A DNA stretch of 43,220 nucleotides from a virus (IMGVR_UViG_2526164633_000017), one strand, 5' to 3'. Counted from the first letter of the stretch, positions 10,942 through 22,036 are shown. The notes: generated by a model from the sequence alone, not told the origin. Made by a program: numbers and translations.

Positions 10942-11376
10942 TCATTCCGGCACCGCAGCCACTCGCCCCCGTTCTTGCGTCAGCGATGCCGCCACAGCCA
11001 TGTCGTACATTTCTGTGGCCAGCGACAGACGCTGGAAGTCATCGACAGACAGCTTACGAATCAGCGCCATCGACAACGGGCCTTTGATGCAGCCCACGCT
11101 GGCAATCTGTCGGCGCAGCATTTCCAGTCCCATCCGGGACGGGGAACTGACCAGCACCGGACCTTCCTTGCTCATTACCAGCTTTTCAGCAGCCGCCTGT
11201 GCATCAATCATATCGCCTGCGGTCAGTTCACGCAGCGTCACGTCATACTGCATTTCAGTCTCGTCACCGGTGCCGAACGGCAGGCCGTCTTTCAGTTTCA
11301 GCACGCCGGACTGAATTTCTGCCACAATGCTGTCATGCAGTTCCTGTGCTTCAGGACCTAAATTCATTTCGTCCAT
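10942..11376 (-). CDS. Tail assembly chaperone (Mu gp41-like)
   Basis: 144-aa acidic ORF directly upstream of the tape measure gene. Confidence 0.7.
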   Translation of the reverse strand: MDEMNLGPEAQELHDSIVAEIQSGVLKLKDGLPFGTGDETEMQYDVTLRELTAGDMIDAQAAAEKLVMSKEGPVLVSSPSRMGLEMLRRQIASVGCIKGPLSMALIRKLSVDDFQRLSLATEMYDMAVAASLTQERGRVAAVPE

Positions 11377-11385
11377 TGTTTCCCC

Positions 11386-11742
11386 TTATGCAATGCGTTT
11401 GCTTTGTTTTGCCATCAGTACCAGCGAAATTTCGCCGCCGTCGTTTTTCGGTTCATCTGCCTGCCAGGCATTCGCCATCATCCAGGTTTCACCGGTGTCT
11501 GCCTGAAACTCTGCCGTGATGTTTTCCCAGCCGATGATTTCATCCAGACCGATATCACCACCGCCCGGAATTTTGCATTCCAGCTTTGCGGCACGTGGTT
11601 TACCTTTCCAGCCATAAACCCGCGAGCCGGTCACTTCTTCACGGGTGATGCCGGAAGGCGTGAAGGAGGCCCCTTCCATCGTTTCAAGCTCCATGCCATT
11701 GACACGGATGAACGCCACCCCCTGACGCTGATTTCCAGCCAT
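11386..11742 (-). CDS. Tail tube protein
   Basis: 118-aa ORF immediately after the sheath gene. Confidence 0.8.
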   Translation of the reverse strand: MAGNQRQGVAFIRVNGMELETMEGASFTPSGITREEVTGSRVYGWKGKPRAAKLECKIPGGGDIGLDEIIGWENITAEFQADTGETWMMANAWQADEPKNDGGEISLVLMAKQSKRIA

Positions 11743-11751
11743 AAATGCTCC

Positions 11752-13239
11752 TTACAGAATGAACTGAACTTGTGCCGCGAAAATGCGGAACTGGTTAATC
11801 AGATTCGGGCCGCACAGCACATCAAGGCGGTCTTTGTCGTCCTTGTTACGTGCCACATACAGCTCCTCTTTGAACGTGTCGAAATCCTCGACCAGTCCGG
11901 CGTTTTCCCATTCTTCAAACAGTGCCAGCAGCTCCGTTTTAATCACGGATGGCGTCACCACGGCCTGACCGGTGGCAAAGCGGGTGCCATCACTTGCCAG
12001 CTTGTAGTTCGGGAATTTCTGCGTGATGCGGGTTCGCAGCGAATAACGCAGATAACTCAGCGTGGCGATGGTATTCACGTTCAGATAAGACGGATCGCTG
12101 TCACCGTACTTGTTTGTGCGGTACATCGTGATCATGCGTTCAATCTGCATTTCACCACCATCATTCACGTTAAACGTGGAGATGCCGTCAAACAGCAGCG
12201 CATTACGTTCTGACCAGGTGAAACGATCCCCCACCGCAGGCGGCATTCTTCCGGGCAACGTCAGCGTCTGGAGTGGACGCGCCGGGTCGATGGAAAGCGC
12301 CTGGCTGGCAACGGCACACAGGGTGGCGGCGTACAGATATGACGGTTCCGGTGCACCGGCAATCCCCATACAGGAAATCAGATGGTCATTACGGCTGACA
12401 CCAAACGTGGAAATATCCCCATACGTGCCGGACAGCACTGTCACGGCAAAGCCATCAGCCTGATTGACTGGTCCCCAGCGTTCCTGCAATTCAGTGCGTA
12501 ACAGATTCAGGTTCGGTTCATCGGTATAGGGCATCACAATATATTTGTATTGCAGATCGCCCATTCCCGCGATACTTGCGCTGATATCCGGGTTGCCATT
12601 TTTCCCGGAGGCGGCTTTGAATGCCGTGATAATCCCGTAAGGGGTCGTTTCACCCGCGTAATAGTTCCAGCGCACGTCCACGGCAGATAATGCACCCGTA
12701 AATTTTGCACTCAGAACCACATCTGCATGGGTGTCATCATCCCCGCTGTCTGCGCGAACTTCTGCCGTCACCGGTAAATCAGGCTGGCCTTTGATTCGGG
12801 CAACCAGCAGGTCAGCCAGCGCCGCTCCCGTTGCACCTGCTGCGACAGATACCGCCAGTCGCTGACCGGCAATGTAAGTCACAAGCGAGCCGTTTTCGCC
12901 TGCCGTTCCTGACAGTGAAATTTCACCGACAGCAGCATTACCGGTGCCATTCCCCTGCGGGATACACCACAGCTCCGCCACGCGGTTAGCGTTCAGGAAT
13001 GCATCTGCCATCAGTGCCAGCATGGAACCCTGACCAAACGCCGCACTGGCCTGTGAGCCGGAACGGATACGGACAGGCACGTTTGGTGCCGCACTGGCTT
13101 TACTTCCGCTTTGCCCGAACATCAGCACGCGCTGACGGGGTGCCGGTGTTCCGCTGACGGCATTACTGTTATCAAATTCGATATACGTCAGAGGAACGCG
13201 AACATCTGACGGGATCGCGTTAAATGAAATATCGCTCAT
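11752..13239 (-). CDS. Contractile tail sheath protein
   Basis: 495-aa ORF; size and position before tube gene; myovirus-type. Confidence 0.85.
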
Positions 13240-13442
13240 TTCGATTTACTCCGTTTTTTCGGCACAGCGACGGTATCATCCGCCGTGTTTTCGGTGCTCC
13301 CGACTTCAACCACATCACCGGCTGCAAGGCGACGTATCCAGAAACTGTTACGGGGCTTTTCTTCTCCCTCAGACGCCAGTAATTTCATCGTGAGCGGGTC
13401 ACGGATGGCTTTTCCCGCTGCGGGTTTAATTTTCAGCATCAT
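13236..13442 (-). CDS. Small virion-associated protein (Mu gp38-like)
   Basis: 68-aa ORF, translationally coupled between neighbours. Confidence 0.6.
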
Positions 13443-13974
13443 GATCCTTTTCCTGATTCACATTGATATGTGCGGCAAATTCCGGGGTTCCGTCCGGATA
13501 TTCCCAGGTCTGCCAGTGACGCTCATAATCATCCAGCGAGTCCGTATCCACCACGGACGGTAACGGGGTAGTGCCACTGAACAGAACACCGTAAAGCACC
13601 ACACCGGCATCGATACGGTTGTCGTTACAAAGATTTCTGACCTGCGTCAGTCTCATCCCGGTGGTCGGGCCAAACGTCTGACCGTTAACACCGGCAATCA
13701 GTCGCTCCACAATCTGATAAATACCGGGCCGGTTTACCTGTTCCCCGTTCAGCAACTCCGCCACGACAAAAAATGCCCAGCGACTTTCAACTTCCCGACG
13801 CGTACGCCCCTCACCACAGCCCATCCATGCCAGAAATACCGATGGCGGGGCCAGAAAGAGACGGTGCACATCCTCGTTAGTCCATGTGCCGGTAAGGGGT
13901 TCCACCTGCCGCAGGGTTGCCCCAAACAACTCACGAACGCGCGCCAGCAGTGCGGCTTCGGTTTCTTCCAGCAT
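13426..13974 (-). CDS. Head-tail joining/tail completion protein (Mu gp37-like)
   Basis: 182-aa ORF in conserved position. Confidence 0.65.
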   Translation of the reverse strand: MLEETEAALLARVRELFGATLRQVEPLTGTWTNEDVHRLFLAPPSVFLAWMGCGEGRTRREVESRWAFFVVAELLNGEQVNRPGIYQIVERLIAGVNGQTFGPTTGMRLTQVRNLCNDNRIDAGVVLYGVLFSGTTPLPSVVDTDSLDDYERHWQTWEYPDGTPEFAAHINVNQEKDHDAEN

Positions 13975-14399
13975 CAGATAAACCCCTTCTGTTTTCGTGA
14001 GAAGACCGGCGCGTCAGACTGCACCTGCACAAGGTTTTCACCATCCGGCGAGGCTGCCGTCCTGCTTTCCACGCCGGGATCTGTTTTGCCATCGCGCACC
14101 TGTTCCAGCCAGCGCACCGTGTCCCTGTAAGTTGCGATGAGCTGCTCGGTGGGTTGTGATTCATTCAGATAAAACCAGGCCACCACGCAACACTGCCGTT
14201 TCAGCAGTGAGGGGACGACGGTAAGCGGCAGAACAAAGCGCGCGGCGAGATAGCCATCAATAAAGGCCGAAGCATCTGCCAGTGCCTGTTCTGCCACGGC
14301 ATCATCCGGCTGCCCGTCCGCTGTTTTAGGGCGGGTGAGAATATCCAGCCGCGTACGTGTATAGCGGGCGCACAGGTCATTTACCGTCGCGTAATTCAT
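13974..14399 (-). CDS. Head-tail connector protein (Mu gp36-like)
   Basis: 141-aa ORF in conserved position. Confidence 0.65.
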   Translation of the reverse strand: MNYATVNDLCARYTRTRLDILTRPKTADGQPDDAVAEQALADASAFIDGYLAARFVLPLTVVPSLLKRQCCVVAWFYLNESQPTEQLIATYRDTVRWLEQVRDGKTDPGVESRTAASPDGENLVQVQSDAPVFSRKQKGFI

Positions 14400-14806
14400 G
14401 CATCCACCTCAGCCAGCGCCGCTTTGATTTGCGCACCGCTCACCGGTTCCCCCAGCGCCGCACTGACGGCTTTCACTTTGGGTTCCCCCCCTGCGGTAAA
14501 GTGTTCCGGGTTTGCCTTATCCAGACCGGCAACGGTCGCACGGATACGGGTATTCAGATCGCCCACACCCAGAACGTCCAGCCCCCCAGCCTCAGCGAGC
14601 GTTTCTGCTGACGATGCAGATACCACAGACAGCACGCTGTCGGCACGAATGATCGCCAGTTGTTCTTCGGTGACTTCCACGGTGTTTTCGCCACGCGTAA
14701 AGGCGATTCCGGCGCGGCGGTAGACCGGACGAAGGCATTTAATAATCGCCGTGCAAGTGATGCGAGAAGTGTCCAGCCGTTGTGAATTAAGCGAAGTGCC
14801 TGACAT
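14396..14806 (-). CDS. Head-associated protein (Mu gp35-like)
   Basis: 136-aa ORF downstream of major head gene. Confidence 0.6.
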   Translation of the reverse strand: MSGTSLNSQRLDTSRITCTAIIKCLRPVYRRAGIAFTRGENTVEVTEEQLAIIRADSVLSVVSASSAETLAEAGGLDVLGVGDLNTRIRATVAGLDKANPEHFTAGGEPKVKAVSAALGEPVSGAQIKAALAEVDA

Positions 14807-14840
14807 AACACATGCTCCTCCTTTTCCTTTAAATCAGGTT

Positions 14841-14864
14841 AAAAGGCGGTCTGAACCGCCTTTT
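14841..14864 (-). terminator. Rho-independent terminator-like hairpin after major head gene
   Basis: AAAAGGCGGT-CTGA-ACCGCCTTTT: 10-bp perfect stem, 4-nt loop, A-run on one side and T-run on the other, in the 66-bp gap after the capsid gene stop. Confidence 0.6.
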
Positions 14865-14872
14865 AATGACGG

Positions 14873-15790
14873 TTACAGGTAGTCAGCGACAACCAGTTGC
14901 AGCTTGCCCTTCATCTCGTTGGAGACGGTGGTATTGCCATCCGCGAACAGTTCACGGTTAAGCAGTTGCTCTGCGGCTTTTTCCAGCCCGACCGGTACAA
15001 CGATATGCGTCGGCTTCAGGCCCAGCTTCTTACCGCCATCACCTTCAAAAGATCGCATCAGTTGCCAGCCCTTCCAGAGGTTATCCAGCGTCAGATCGCC
15101 TTTTACCGCGACAGCCATCTGCCAGAAGCCGTAACCGGCAGCACGGCGGGCGCTGGCACCAAACAGGAACTCGTTATCCATAAAAACGTGGTCGTCATCG
15201 ATACGGGTACGTGCGACCAGCTCCGGTTTGCGGCGCTCCTGGAAAATCAGCGGTTTGACTGCGCGGGAGCAGTCCAGCAGATAGAACGGCAGACCGCTGA
15301 AGCTGTCCTGCTCAACGATGTTGGAGGTATTAACCGCGCTGCCCGTGCCGTCCACATTCGGATATACCGGATGCTCCTTGTCGAAGAAGTTCTGACCGTC
15401 ATAGCACGGCTGGGTAAAGCCATCTTTCAGAAGTTTAAAAATCAGCTCATCCGGCTGAACTGCCGCAGAACGCCCCATCTCCTGAAAAATCGGCGCATAA
15501 ATACCCAGATTGTCATCCTCGAAGTCATCACGGGAAATACCCACGGTGCCTTCAAACGTTTTATTGGCGATGGAGTAGCCATGCGCTTCCATTTGCTGAA
15601 TGGTTCGCTTACCCACCCATTCTTTCAGGGTCGAGAATTTACCCAGCCAGCCATAGGTATTACTGCGGGTGGAAGAGTTCACCACCATTGCAATTTTGCT
15701 GTACTGCGACGGGGCGTCTTCAAGACCGCCCTGAAAATCCTTACGCCAGGAGGTCATCAGGGCTTTAATGGATGCCGGGGTGACAATCAT
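14873..15790 (-). CDS. Major head (capsid) subunit (Mu T/gp34-like)
   Basis: 305-aa ORF following protease/scaffold gene, followed by terminator hairpin. Confidence 0.85.
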   Translation of the reverse strand: MIVTPASIKALMTSWRKDFQGGLEDAPSQYSKIAMVVNSSTRSNTYGWLGKFSTLKEWVGKRTIQQMEAHGYSIANKTFEGTVGISRDDFEDDNLGIYAPIFQEMGRSAAVQPDELIFKLLKDGFTQPCYDGQNFFDKEHPVYPNVDGTGSAVNTSNIVEQDSFSGLPFYLLDCSRAVKPLIFQERRKPELVARTRIDDDHVFMDNEFLFGASARRAAGYGFWQMAVAVKGDLTLDNLWKGWQLMRSFEGDGGKKLGLKPTHIVVPVGLEKAAEQLLNRELFADGNTTVSNEMKGKLQLVVADYL

Positions 15791-16872
15791 TTTTCTTGTT
15801 CCTGTTTCATTTTCAGATACTCAGCCTCAGTAATGCCGAGCGCCTTCACTGCTGCCTGTTCATCAGCAGACAGCACCGCCACCGCCGGTTTTTCCTGCGA
15901 CGGGATTTTCGCTGTGGTGGTCTGCATGGCAGATAACGCAGCGATGGGCTGTTTTTTCTCAAGCTGTGCCGACAGTGCCGCCACGCCAATCTGACCGCCA
16001 AGCTGTTCCAGGTAGGTACGTTCGCTTTTGAAAATGCGGCCTTCCTGTTCCGCCTTGTCCAGAACGGCGCTCAGGCTGGCTGTGGCGCTTTGTGCAGTCG
16101 CCTGTGCCAGTTCATCACGCAGGGCGTTGTAGCTTTCCACAGGGACGTATTTCGTCAGGTCAACGGCGGCTTTCTGTGCCTTTTCCAGTTCGGCGGATAA
16201 CGACGCCACTTTTCCGGCATCTGTTTCGAGCGCATCAAGCGCACTCAGGGCCGCGCTGGCCTGTTCATCGGTGATGTCTGCATTTTCGGGGACAGTCACC
16301 CCAAGACGCGCAAGCAGCTTGCGCAGCGTTTCATTCATGGGTTTGTTCTCCTGTTGAAGGATGTCGGGAAGGTCTGCCGCCAGTGCGGTCAGCTTTTTCA
16401 TGCCGGTGGCACCGGGGTCATTGGTCAGCGCAGCAAGGCGGATTTGCAGCACCGCACCGGTGGCGGTGTCATACGGAAAAACCGCAGAGAGATAACCAAA
16501 TTCGCCGTCATCGATGCGCTGCTGGGCCGCCGCCGTCCAGCGTGGGTGGATAAATAACCCTTCACCTTCACGCCACTGCATTTCATCGGCGTTAAACCAG
16601 CCAGCCGCGACGAGTTGTTCCGGGGGTAATCCTTTGTCCTTACGTAGCTGGTTATGCTCGTAATCAATCAGCACGTCCTGGTTGAGCGCGCGAACGCCTT
16701 CAACCAGACGCCCGGCAATCTCACCGTCGATGAACCACCCCTGACCACCTGTCACATCAAACGGGCGACCATCACGGGCACTGAAATGACCGGCAGGCAA
16801 TAGCTGGCACCAGCCGTCATCGTCAATGGACAGCGCATTCAGTGCGGCAATGCCAATCGCGTGTTTTTTCAT
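15787..16872 (-). CDS. Head maturation protease/scaffold protein (Mu I/gp32-like)
   Basis: 361-aa ORF with Ala/Gln/Glu-rich coiled-coil C-terminal half typical of scaffold domain. Confidence 0.8.
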   Translation of the reverse strand: MKKHAIGIAALNALSIDDDGWCQLLPAGHFSARDGRPFDVTGGQGWFIDGEIAGRLVEGVRALNQDVLIDYEHNQLRKDKGLPPEQLVAAGWFNADEMQWREGEGLFIHPRWTAAAQQRIDDGEFGYLSAVFPYDTATGAVLQIRLAALTNDPGATGMKKLTALAADLPDILQQENKPMNETLRKLLARLGVTVPENADITDEQASAALSALDALETDAGKVASLSAELEKAQKAAVDLTKYVPVESYNALRDELAQATAQSATASLSAVLDKAEQEGRIFKSERTYLEQLGGQIGVAALSAQLEKKQPIAALSAMQTTTAKIPSQEKPAVAVLSADEQAAVKALGITEAEYLKMKQEQEK

Positions 16873-17068
16873 GTCCTGCTGCTCATCATGGTTTGTGAGC
16901 AGTCAGTTTGCGGGAGGTGCGGGAAAATCTGGGGTTATGCTATTTGAGTACTGGAGAAAGAAAGTGGAAGGAAGATAAAACGGGATTCATACACCGTTAA
17001 ATACCGGTTTAAAAATCCCGTGGCGCGTTTTAAAAAATCTGTGCGGCTGATTTCATGTCTGATTCCGT
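16873..17068 (-). promoter_or_regulatory. Candidate late promoter region upstream of protease/scaffold gene (P_I-equivalent)
   Basis: 196-bp non-coding gap in otherwise tightly packed operon; on the transcribed strand contains GCATAACCCCAG about 110 nt upstream of the ATG. In Mu a C-dependent late promoter lies upstream of gene I. Confidence 0.4.
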
Positions 17069-17539
17069 TTATTGCCTCAGAGCGGCGCTGACGCGTTTTC
17101 TGATGGCATCAAAAATTTCCTGTTCCCCGGTCTTATCCAGCCCCATATAAGGACGCGCAGGAACGCCTGCCGGGCGGGGTGCCATATCGGGTGTACCGCC
17201 CCACTGATGGATGGCAGCATAAATTTTTGGCGAACCAATCAGGGCATAATCCTGTCCATAATCGGTGGTAATGCTGCGTGCCAGATCGCCATGCAGGGTA
17301 AGGATACTGCCCGGAACAAAACCATGATCCTGACGCCATGCCTGCCACGAATCGCTCCACGCTTCCCAGCCTTTCCCTGTATCCGGGTCTGCCTGCCGTT
17401 CAAATGCCTGTTCCGTGGATGACAGCAGCGCCGCAGCCATCACACGGGGAATGGCGCGGTCACGTGTAACGGTTCCCAGTTCATCCAGTGCAAGCTGAAT
17501 ACGTCGCACATCCACGGCAACGTTCATATCAAGACTCAC
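17069..17539 (-). CDS. Virion morphogenesis protein (Mu G-like)
   Basis: 156-aa ORF between F-like and I-like genes. Confidence 0.75.
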   Translation of the reverse strand: MSLDMNVAVDVRRIQLALDELGTVTRDRAIPRVMAAALLSSTEQAFERQADPDTGKGWEAWSDSWQAWRQDHGFVPGSILTLHGDLARSITTDYGQDYALIGSPKIYAAIHQWGGTPDMAPRPAGVPARPYMGLDKTGEQEIFDAIRKRVSAALRQ

Positions 17540-18891
17540 TTATTCACCTCCACATGCCCCTCCAGTACGTCAATCATCCCGTCAGCAATCGCGGCTTCAA
17601 GCGACTGTGCAGATACGCGGCTGATACTGACCAGCACATCCGCACGGTCATTCTGCCTGCCGACTGTCTGTGATGTTCTGACTACAATCCGGGCCATGCC
17701 GTCACGGGTTGCCACAACATACAGCAACTGGTGGTTCTCCCTGTCCCACAATACTGCCTGTGGTTTTGCCATCAGCGACGGCAGACGCTGTAAATCTTCC
17801 GGTTTCAGGGCGGCATCAGCAGTGGTCGCCAGACTTTTCCCGTTCATCACAAGCAGACGGGCTGGCATATTCCCGGTGCGCTGATGTACGGCTTCAGCTA
17901 CCGATTCCGTCATAAAACCCAGTGCCCGGATTTCATGAGCGGTCTGACGTGATCCTGCCAGGCGTTTAAGCCAGAGGGAAAAAGCAAGCTGACGCTCCCG
18001 GCTGTTATTCAGCGTCTGAACAACCTGCTCACGCAACTGCGCGTCGCGAATTTCCACCAGTTTTCGAATCAGTGCCTGATCCGTACCAAACGCCGCCGAA
18101 CCCGGGTTATATGACCAGCCCACATCCGGCGTCATTTTTACCCGACCGTTGTCAAACGTGGTTGACGATGTGCGGAAAATCTCTCCGGTGCTTTCATCCA
18201 TACCGGCGTCCACTTCGCGGGTATTCATGAATGACGCACCATAACTGACCTGTAGCCCCAGTTCTTTCATGCGGGCCGCAGACACCGCCCGGACGCGACA
18301 GCGGCAGTTCCAGCCATTGGGCGGGTAATGCGTCTGCCAGAAAATGTCGTCATACCTGAAAACCATATTGTGCAGCCGCGCATGTTCCGGGCGTGTTCTG
18401 CCATCCATAACGGCAACGTACTGCCAGTATGGATACAAATCTGCGGTATTCATCATCTGCGCATAACGTCCTGCCCCATACGCCGTACGGGTATTGACGT
18501 TATAAATGGTTGCCAGACGACGCGGACTGCCCAGCTCGATTACCTTTGCGTTTCCCTCTGCATCCACGATGATTTGTTTTCCCCACCATCCGAGTTTTTG
18601 CAGCCGGGGGGCCAGTGTGCGGGTAAATTCCTCACGGGTGATGCCTTCACTGACAGCCCGCTCCACTTCCTCACGGATTGTGGTCAGGACATCCATCCGG
18701 GTGGCTTTGGCAACGGTAAAGGCGCGGGCGTGCGCGTCTGCCAGTTGTTCGTACCAGTTCCAGGTGATGTTGTAGCCTTTGGCGCGGAAATACGCGACAG
18801 CCTCCTTTGGCGGGAGGCGTGCGGCATACGCCAGATCAATGGTCTGCTGCGGCATCCAGACGCCCCCATATATCGGCAACAAAAATGGCAC
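17536..18891 (-). CDS. Minor head/head morphogenesis protein (Mu F/gp30-like)
   Basis: 451-aa ORF after portal gene; true start may be the internal ATG at 18855 because 18836-18891 overlaps portal 3' end. Confidence 0.8.
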   Translation of the reverse strand: MPFLLPIYGGVWMPQQTIDLAYAARLPPKEAVAYFRAKGYNITWNWYEQLADAHARAFTVAKATRMDVLTTIREEVERAVSEGITREEFTRTLAPRLQKLGWWGKQIIVDAEGNAKVIELGSPRRLATIYNVNTRTAYGAGRYAQMMNTADLYPYWQYVAVMDGRTRPEHARLHNMVFRYDDIFWQTHYPPNGWNCRCRVRAVSAARMKELGLQVSYGASFMNTREVDAGMDESTGEIFRTSSTTFDNGRVKMTPDVGWSYNPGSAAFGTDQALIRKLVEIRDAQLREQVVQTLNNSRERQLAFSLWLKRLAGSRQTAHEIRALGFMTESVAEAVHQRTGNMPARLLVMNGKSLATTADAALKPEDLQRLPSLMAKPQAVLWDRENHQLLYVVATRDGMARIVVRTSQTVGRQNDRADVLVSISRVSAQSLEAAIADGMIDVLEGHVEVNK

Positions 18892-20374
18892 GGGTCAGCA
18901 TGTCGATAAGTTCTGCATCATCCATCTGCGGATATAATGAAGCGGCTTTGTTCATGGCGGCTTCCGGGCCATCTTTCAGCACAGAAAAAATGACGGGTTT
19001 CAGCAGGGGATCAACCGAACGCTGCCAGTCTTCCGGTGAAACGCCCATCCGGTCGACATCATCCTCCTGCGGGATATCATCAGCGGATAATGCGGCTTCT
19101 TTCTGCGGACCGTTATCCGGGACAACCGGTTGAGCAGTAAACACGGCTTCGTCACCGACCGGCTGTGGAATATGGAGTTTTTCCTGTATCCAGGAGACCG
19201 GAATACGCATTCCCGCCGCCAGTTTCGGAATGGCGTCAGACAGTGCCGTAATATCACCCGCTTCACTGGTATCAAACACAATGCCCGGCAGGCGGTTAAT
19301 ATCAATGGTGCTGTCACTGTTCAGTGCCAGCAGGGGATAAATCAGATCACGGTTAATACTGCGGGCAAGCTGGCCCACATCCGCGTTACGGATTTCCCGG
19401 CGAACCTCATCATGCACTTCACCCAGCGACCGTGCGCCTTTATCGCCAGCCTCTGTGGTCAGGGTGCCGCCCAGAATGGCTTTTGAAATCGCTTTTTCTG
19501 CCCAGCCAATCATCGCCATAAAGGGGTCTGACTGACCATCTGCGGCGCTCTGAAAATCCAGCGTCATCCCCATCGGAATAATGCCACCGGCACGTCGCCC
19601 GATATCCATCACGGCCTGCATCAGCGTGGCTTTCTCGCGGTTCGTGGAGCCGGTCGGATATTTACCGACGCGCATGGGGAGTCCGTAAATTTCCAGAAAC
19701 TCTGCAAAATCACGCACGGAATAGTTTTTAAAAATAAAAGGCCAGATAAGCGTGCGCACAAGGCCATTGGTGCCGACATACCCGGTGCGGGATTTGGCCC
19801 GGTGCATAAACCAGCCGAACGGTTGCAGCTCCAGCCCGTGATAAGACGCATCACGCAGGTGTAATTCGTTCAGATTGTCGGGGTTCGCGCAGAACAGCGC
19901 CGGATCGCGATGATGCAGCGCCACCGGCACGCGCATTTTCCCCAGCCAGCCCCATTCAATCTCCTGCATGGAATAGCCCTTGAGAATGGCATCACCGGCA
20001 TCAAACAGGGCATCTTCAAACCACGCCGCATCATGCAGATATTCATTCAGCATGTCAGCGTCTTTTTTCTCCTGTGCGCTGGCATCACGTGCCGGAGCGA
20101 TGCGCCATTCCAGCGCCTGAATGGCAAGGCGGCGTTTGCTCAGTTCGGAAAAAAGGTGGGTGTCCTTTTCTTCCATATCAAAGGCCAGGTCAGCCTGTGC
20201 TGTCAGATCACCGCGTTCGGCATCACGCAGCATCTGCGCGGCCCGGTTCGGCGTCACACCACTGGAAGGATGCTCCTGCGTACGCTTCATGACCATTGCC
20301 AGCTCATCGCTGCGGGTCTGCATTTCATCGTCAAAATCAAACGGCTGCCCGGAAATATCCAGAATACGGCCCAT
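18836..20374 (-). CDS. Portal protein (Mu gp29-like)
   Basis: 512-aa ORF immediately after large terminase gene. Confidence 0.85.
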   Translation of the reverse strand: MGRILDISGQPFDFDDEMQTRSDELAMVMKRTQEHPSSGVTPNRAAQMLRDAERGDLTAQADLAFDMEEKDTHLFSELSKRRLAIQALEWRIAPARDASAQEKKDADMLNEYLHDAAWFEDALFDAGDAILKGYSMQEIEWGWLGKMRVPVALHHRDPALFCANPDNLNELHLRDASYHGLELQPFGWFMHRAKSRTGYVGTNGLVRTLIWPFIFKNYSVRDFAEFLEIYGLPMRVGKYPTGSTNREKATLMQAVMDIGRRAGGIIPMGMTLDFQSAADGQSDPFMAMIGWAEKAISKAILGGTLTTEAGDKGARSLGEVHDEVRREIRNADVGQLARSINRDLIYPLLALNSDSTIDINRLPGIVFDTSEAGDITALSDAIPKLAAGMRIPVSWIQEKLHIPQPVGDEAVFTAQPVVPDNGPQKEAALSADDIPQEDDVDRMGVSPEDWQRSVDPLLKPVIFSVLKDGPEAAMNKAASLYPQMDDAELIDMLTRAIFVADIWGRLDAAADH

Positions 20375-22029
20375 TACCAGCCCCCTCGTTCAAACTGGTG
20401 ATAATCATCAAAATCATCGTTATCAACACCATCACCACGGTGGCGTGGTGGCAGCGCCTGTATGCTGTCCTCGTCGATAACAAAACCATTCATATAAGAC
20501 GCCCTGACAGCCATACAGAGCGCCACGGCAAAGTCGCCATGTCGTCGGCCTTTACCGCCTTCGTCTTTTGTGCGCCCCTTATCAATCTGCGGAATACCTT
20601 TGTCCACCTTGATGTGGAGCAGGTCATCAAGTGTGGTCTGGTGCCGGGCAATCGTGATGTTCTGCGCTTCAAACTCGCCTTTCAGTTTCGGCATCCACTC
20701 CTGATACCAGGATGCGGTCAGATTCACACAGTCGATCATCTCCGGGCCATAAATCAGACGGGCGGCTTCTGCCAGATAACCGCCGTTACCGGTGGCATCA
20801 AATGCAGCGCCGGTAAAACGGGGCAAACGGGACAGAATGAATAAAAGGATTTGTCGCTGCTGGTCATAGGTCACATTACGCAGCTCCACGCGGAAACATT
20901 CGCGTTTGCGTAAGTCAGGAGTGATGGCAAGCGGCACAAACACCGTCAGGTCGCCACGGCGTGCAAAGTCTTCGCCCAGTACGTGTTTATTGAGCGGCGA
21001 CAGCGCATCGAGCAACGGGAGCAGCTCCTGTTCACACCAGTCCTGAACGATGCCGTGGCGCATTTGTGGTGTCAGCGATTCAAAATCGTCCGGGGCTTCA
21101 AAACGCAGAATCGGGATATCCCGCACTGGCGTCATGGCGGCTTCAATCAGCACGCGTGACAGATAAGCGCCCCCGGATTTTTTGGGAATGCAGCCGTATT
21201 CCTCGTCGGCACTCTCTTTATTCGGCGCATTCCGGTACAGGCCATCACGCCAGGCTTTTTCCGCTTCCGGCGACCACGGCTGATTCGTGACGTAACAGAT
21301 ACGTCGGTACAACCCGTCAGCGATGGCATCATCCAGCGTGATGCGGTGAACGCTGTAATCCTTGCGCCCCTCGCGCGCATCCTGAATGTACTGGTTAAAC
21401 AGGTTATCGACGCCGTTATGTGTCGATATGATCCGCACGCGGGCACCCCACATGGTGAGAGCAAAAGCCGCTTTCAGGAGTTCGTCCAGGGCTTCATGAA
21501 ATGCCGCCTCATCAATCACCACGTCTCCCTGCAAACCACGCAGGTTAGACGGACGGCTTGACAGCGCCTGCACCTTAAATCCGCTGTTAGGGAAACGGAT
21601 CATATAAGTGAGGATTTCTTCTTTTTTGTCGCTGTCCCAGAAGGTCTGCTCCCATACGTCAGCCTTTGCCAGTTGGTTAAAGGCGCGGGCAAACAGGGCA
21701 CAGGCGGCAATGTATTCCAGCGCCATTTCCTGACGGGAACCCACATAAAAAACGTTGCGACCGCCACGGCGACGCGGCTTTGCTGCCGTCATGACATTGC
21801 GGCCCGCTTCGGCCCATGTCAGACCGGTACGACGGGATTTTTCAGCAATACAAATCTGGCTTTCATCCTCAAACCAGCGGCGCTGATAACCCAGAAAAAC
21901 CGGTTCATTGCGGGGCTGTGCTTCCCCGATATCGGTAACGATATTCACGCCCAGCAGTTCGGCTTCCTTACGCAGGTCGATTTTTCGGGGGGCATGAAGG
22001 GCTTTAAGATTGTTTTCTCTGGTGTTCAT
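20374..22029 (-). CDS. Terminase large subunit (Mu gp28-like)
   Basis: ORF track gives 20374..22221, but the upstream 64 codons overlap the preceding gene; ATG at 22027-22029 (MNTRENNLKALH...) lies just after that gene's stop and is the likely start. Confidence 0.85.
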   Translation of the reverse strand: MNTRENNLKALHAPRKIDLRKEAELLGVNIVTDIGEAQPRNEPVFLGYQRRWFEDESQICIAEKSRRTGLTWAEAGRNVMTAAKPRRRGGRNVFYVGSRQEMALEYIAACALFARAFNQLAKADVWEQTFWDSDKKEEILTYMIRFPNSGFKVQALSSRPSNLRGLQGDVVIDEAAFHEALDELLKAAFALTMWGARVRIISTHNGVDNLFNQYIQDAREGRKDYSVHRITLDDAIADGLYRRICYVTNQPWSPEAEKAWRDGLYRNAPNKESADEEYGCIPKKSGGAYLSRVLIEAAMTPVRDIPILRFEAPDDFESLTPQMRHGIVQDWCEQELLPLLDALSPLNKHVLGEDFARRGDLTVFVPLAITPDLRKRECFRVELRNVTYDQQRQILLFILSRLPRFTGAAFDATGNGGYLAEAARLIYGPEMIDCVNLTASWYQEWMPKLKGEFEAQNITIARHQTTLDDLLHIKVDKGIPQIDKGRTKDEGGKGRRHGDFAVALCMAVRASYMNGFVIDEDSIQALPPRHRGDGVDNDDFDDYHQFERGGW

Positions 22030-22036
22030 AACCCTC

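Noticed and set aside
11404-15994. Long plus-strand ORFs (for example 11404..12213, 269 aa; 14897..15994, 365 aa) antisense to sheath, capsid and protease genes
   Set aside because: They lie entirely opposite well-supported minus-strand structural genes in GC-rich DNA, have no RBS context and low-complexity composition; typical shadow ORFs.
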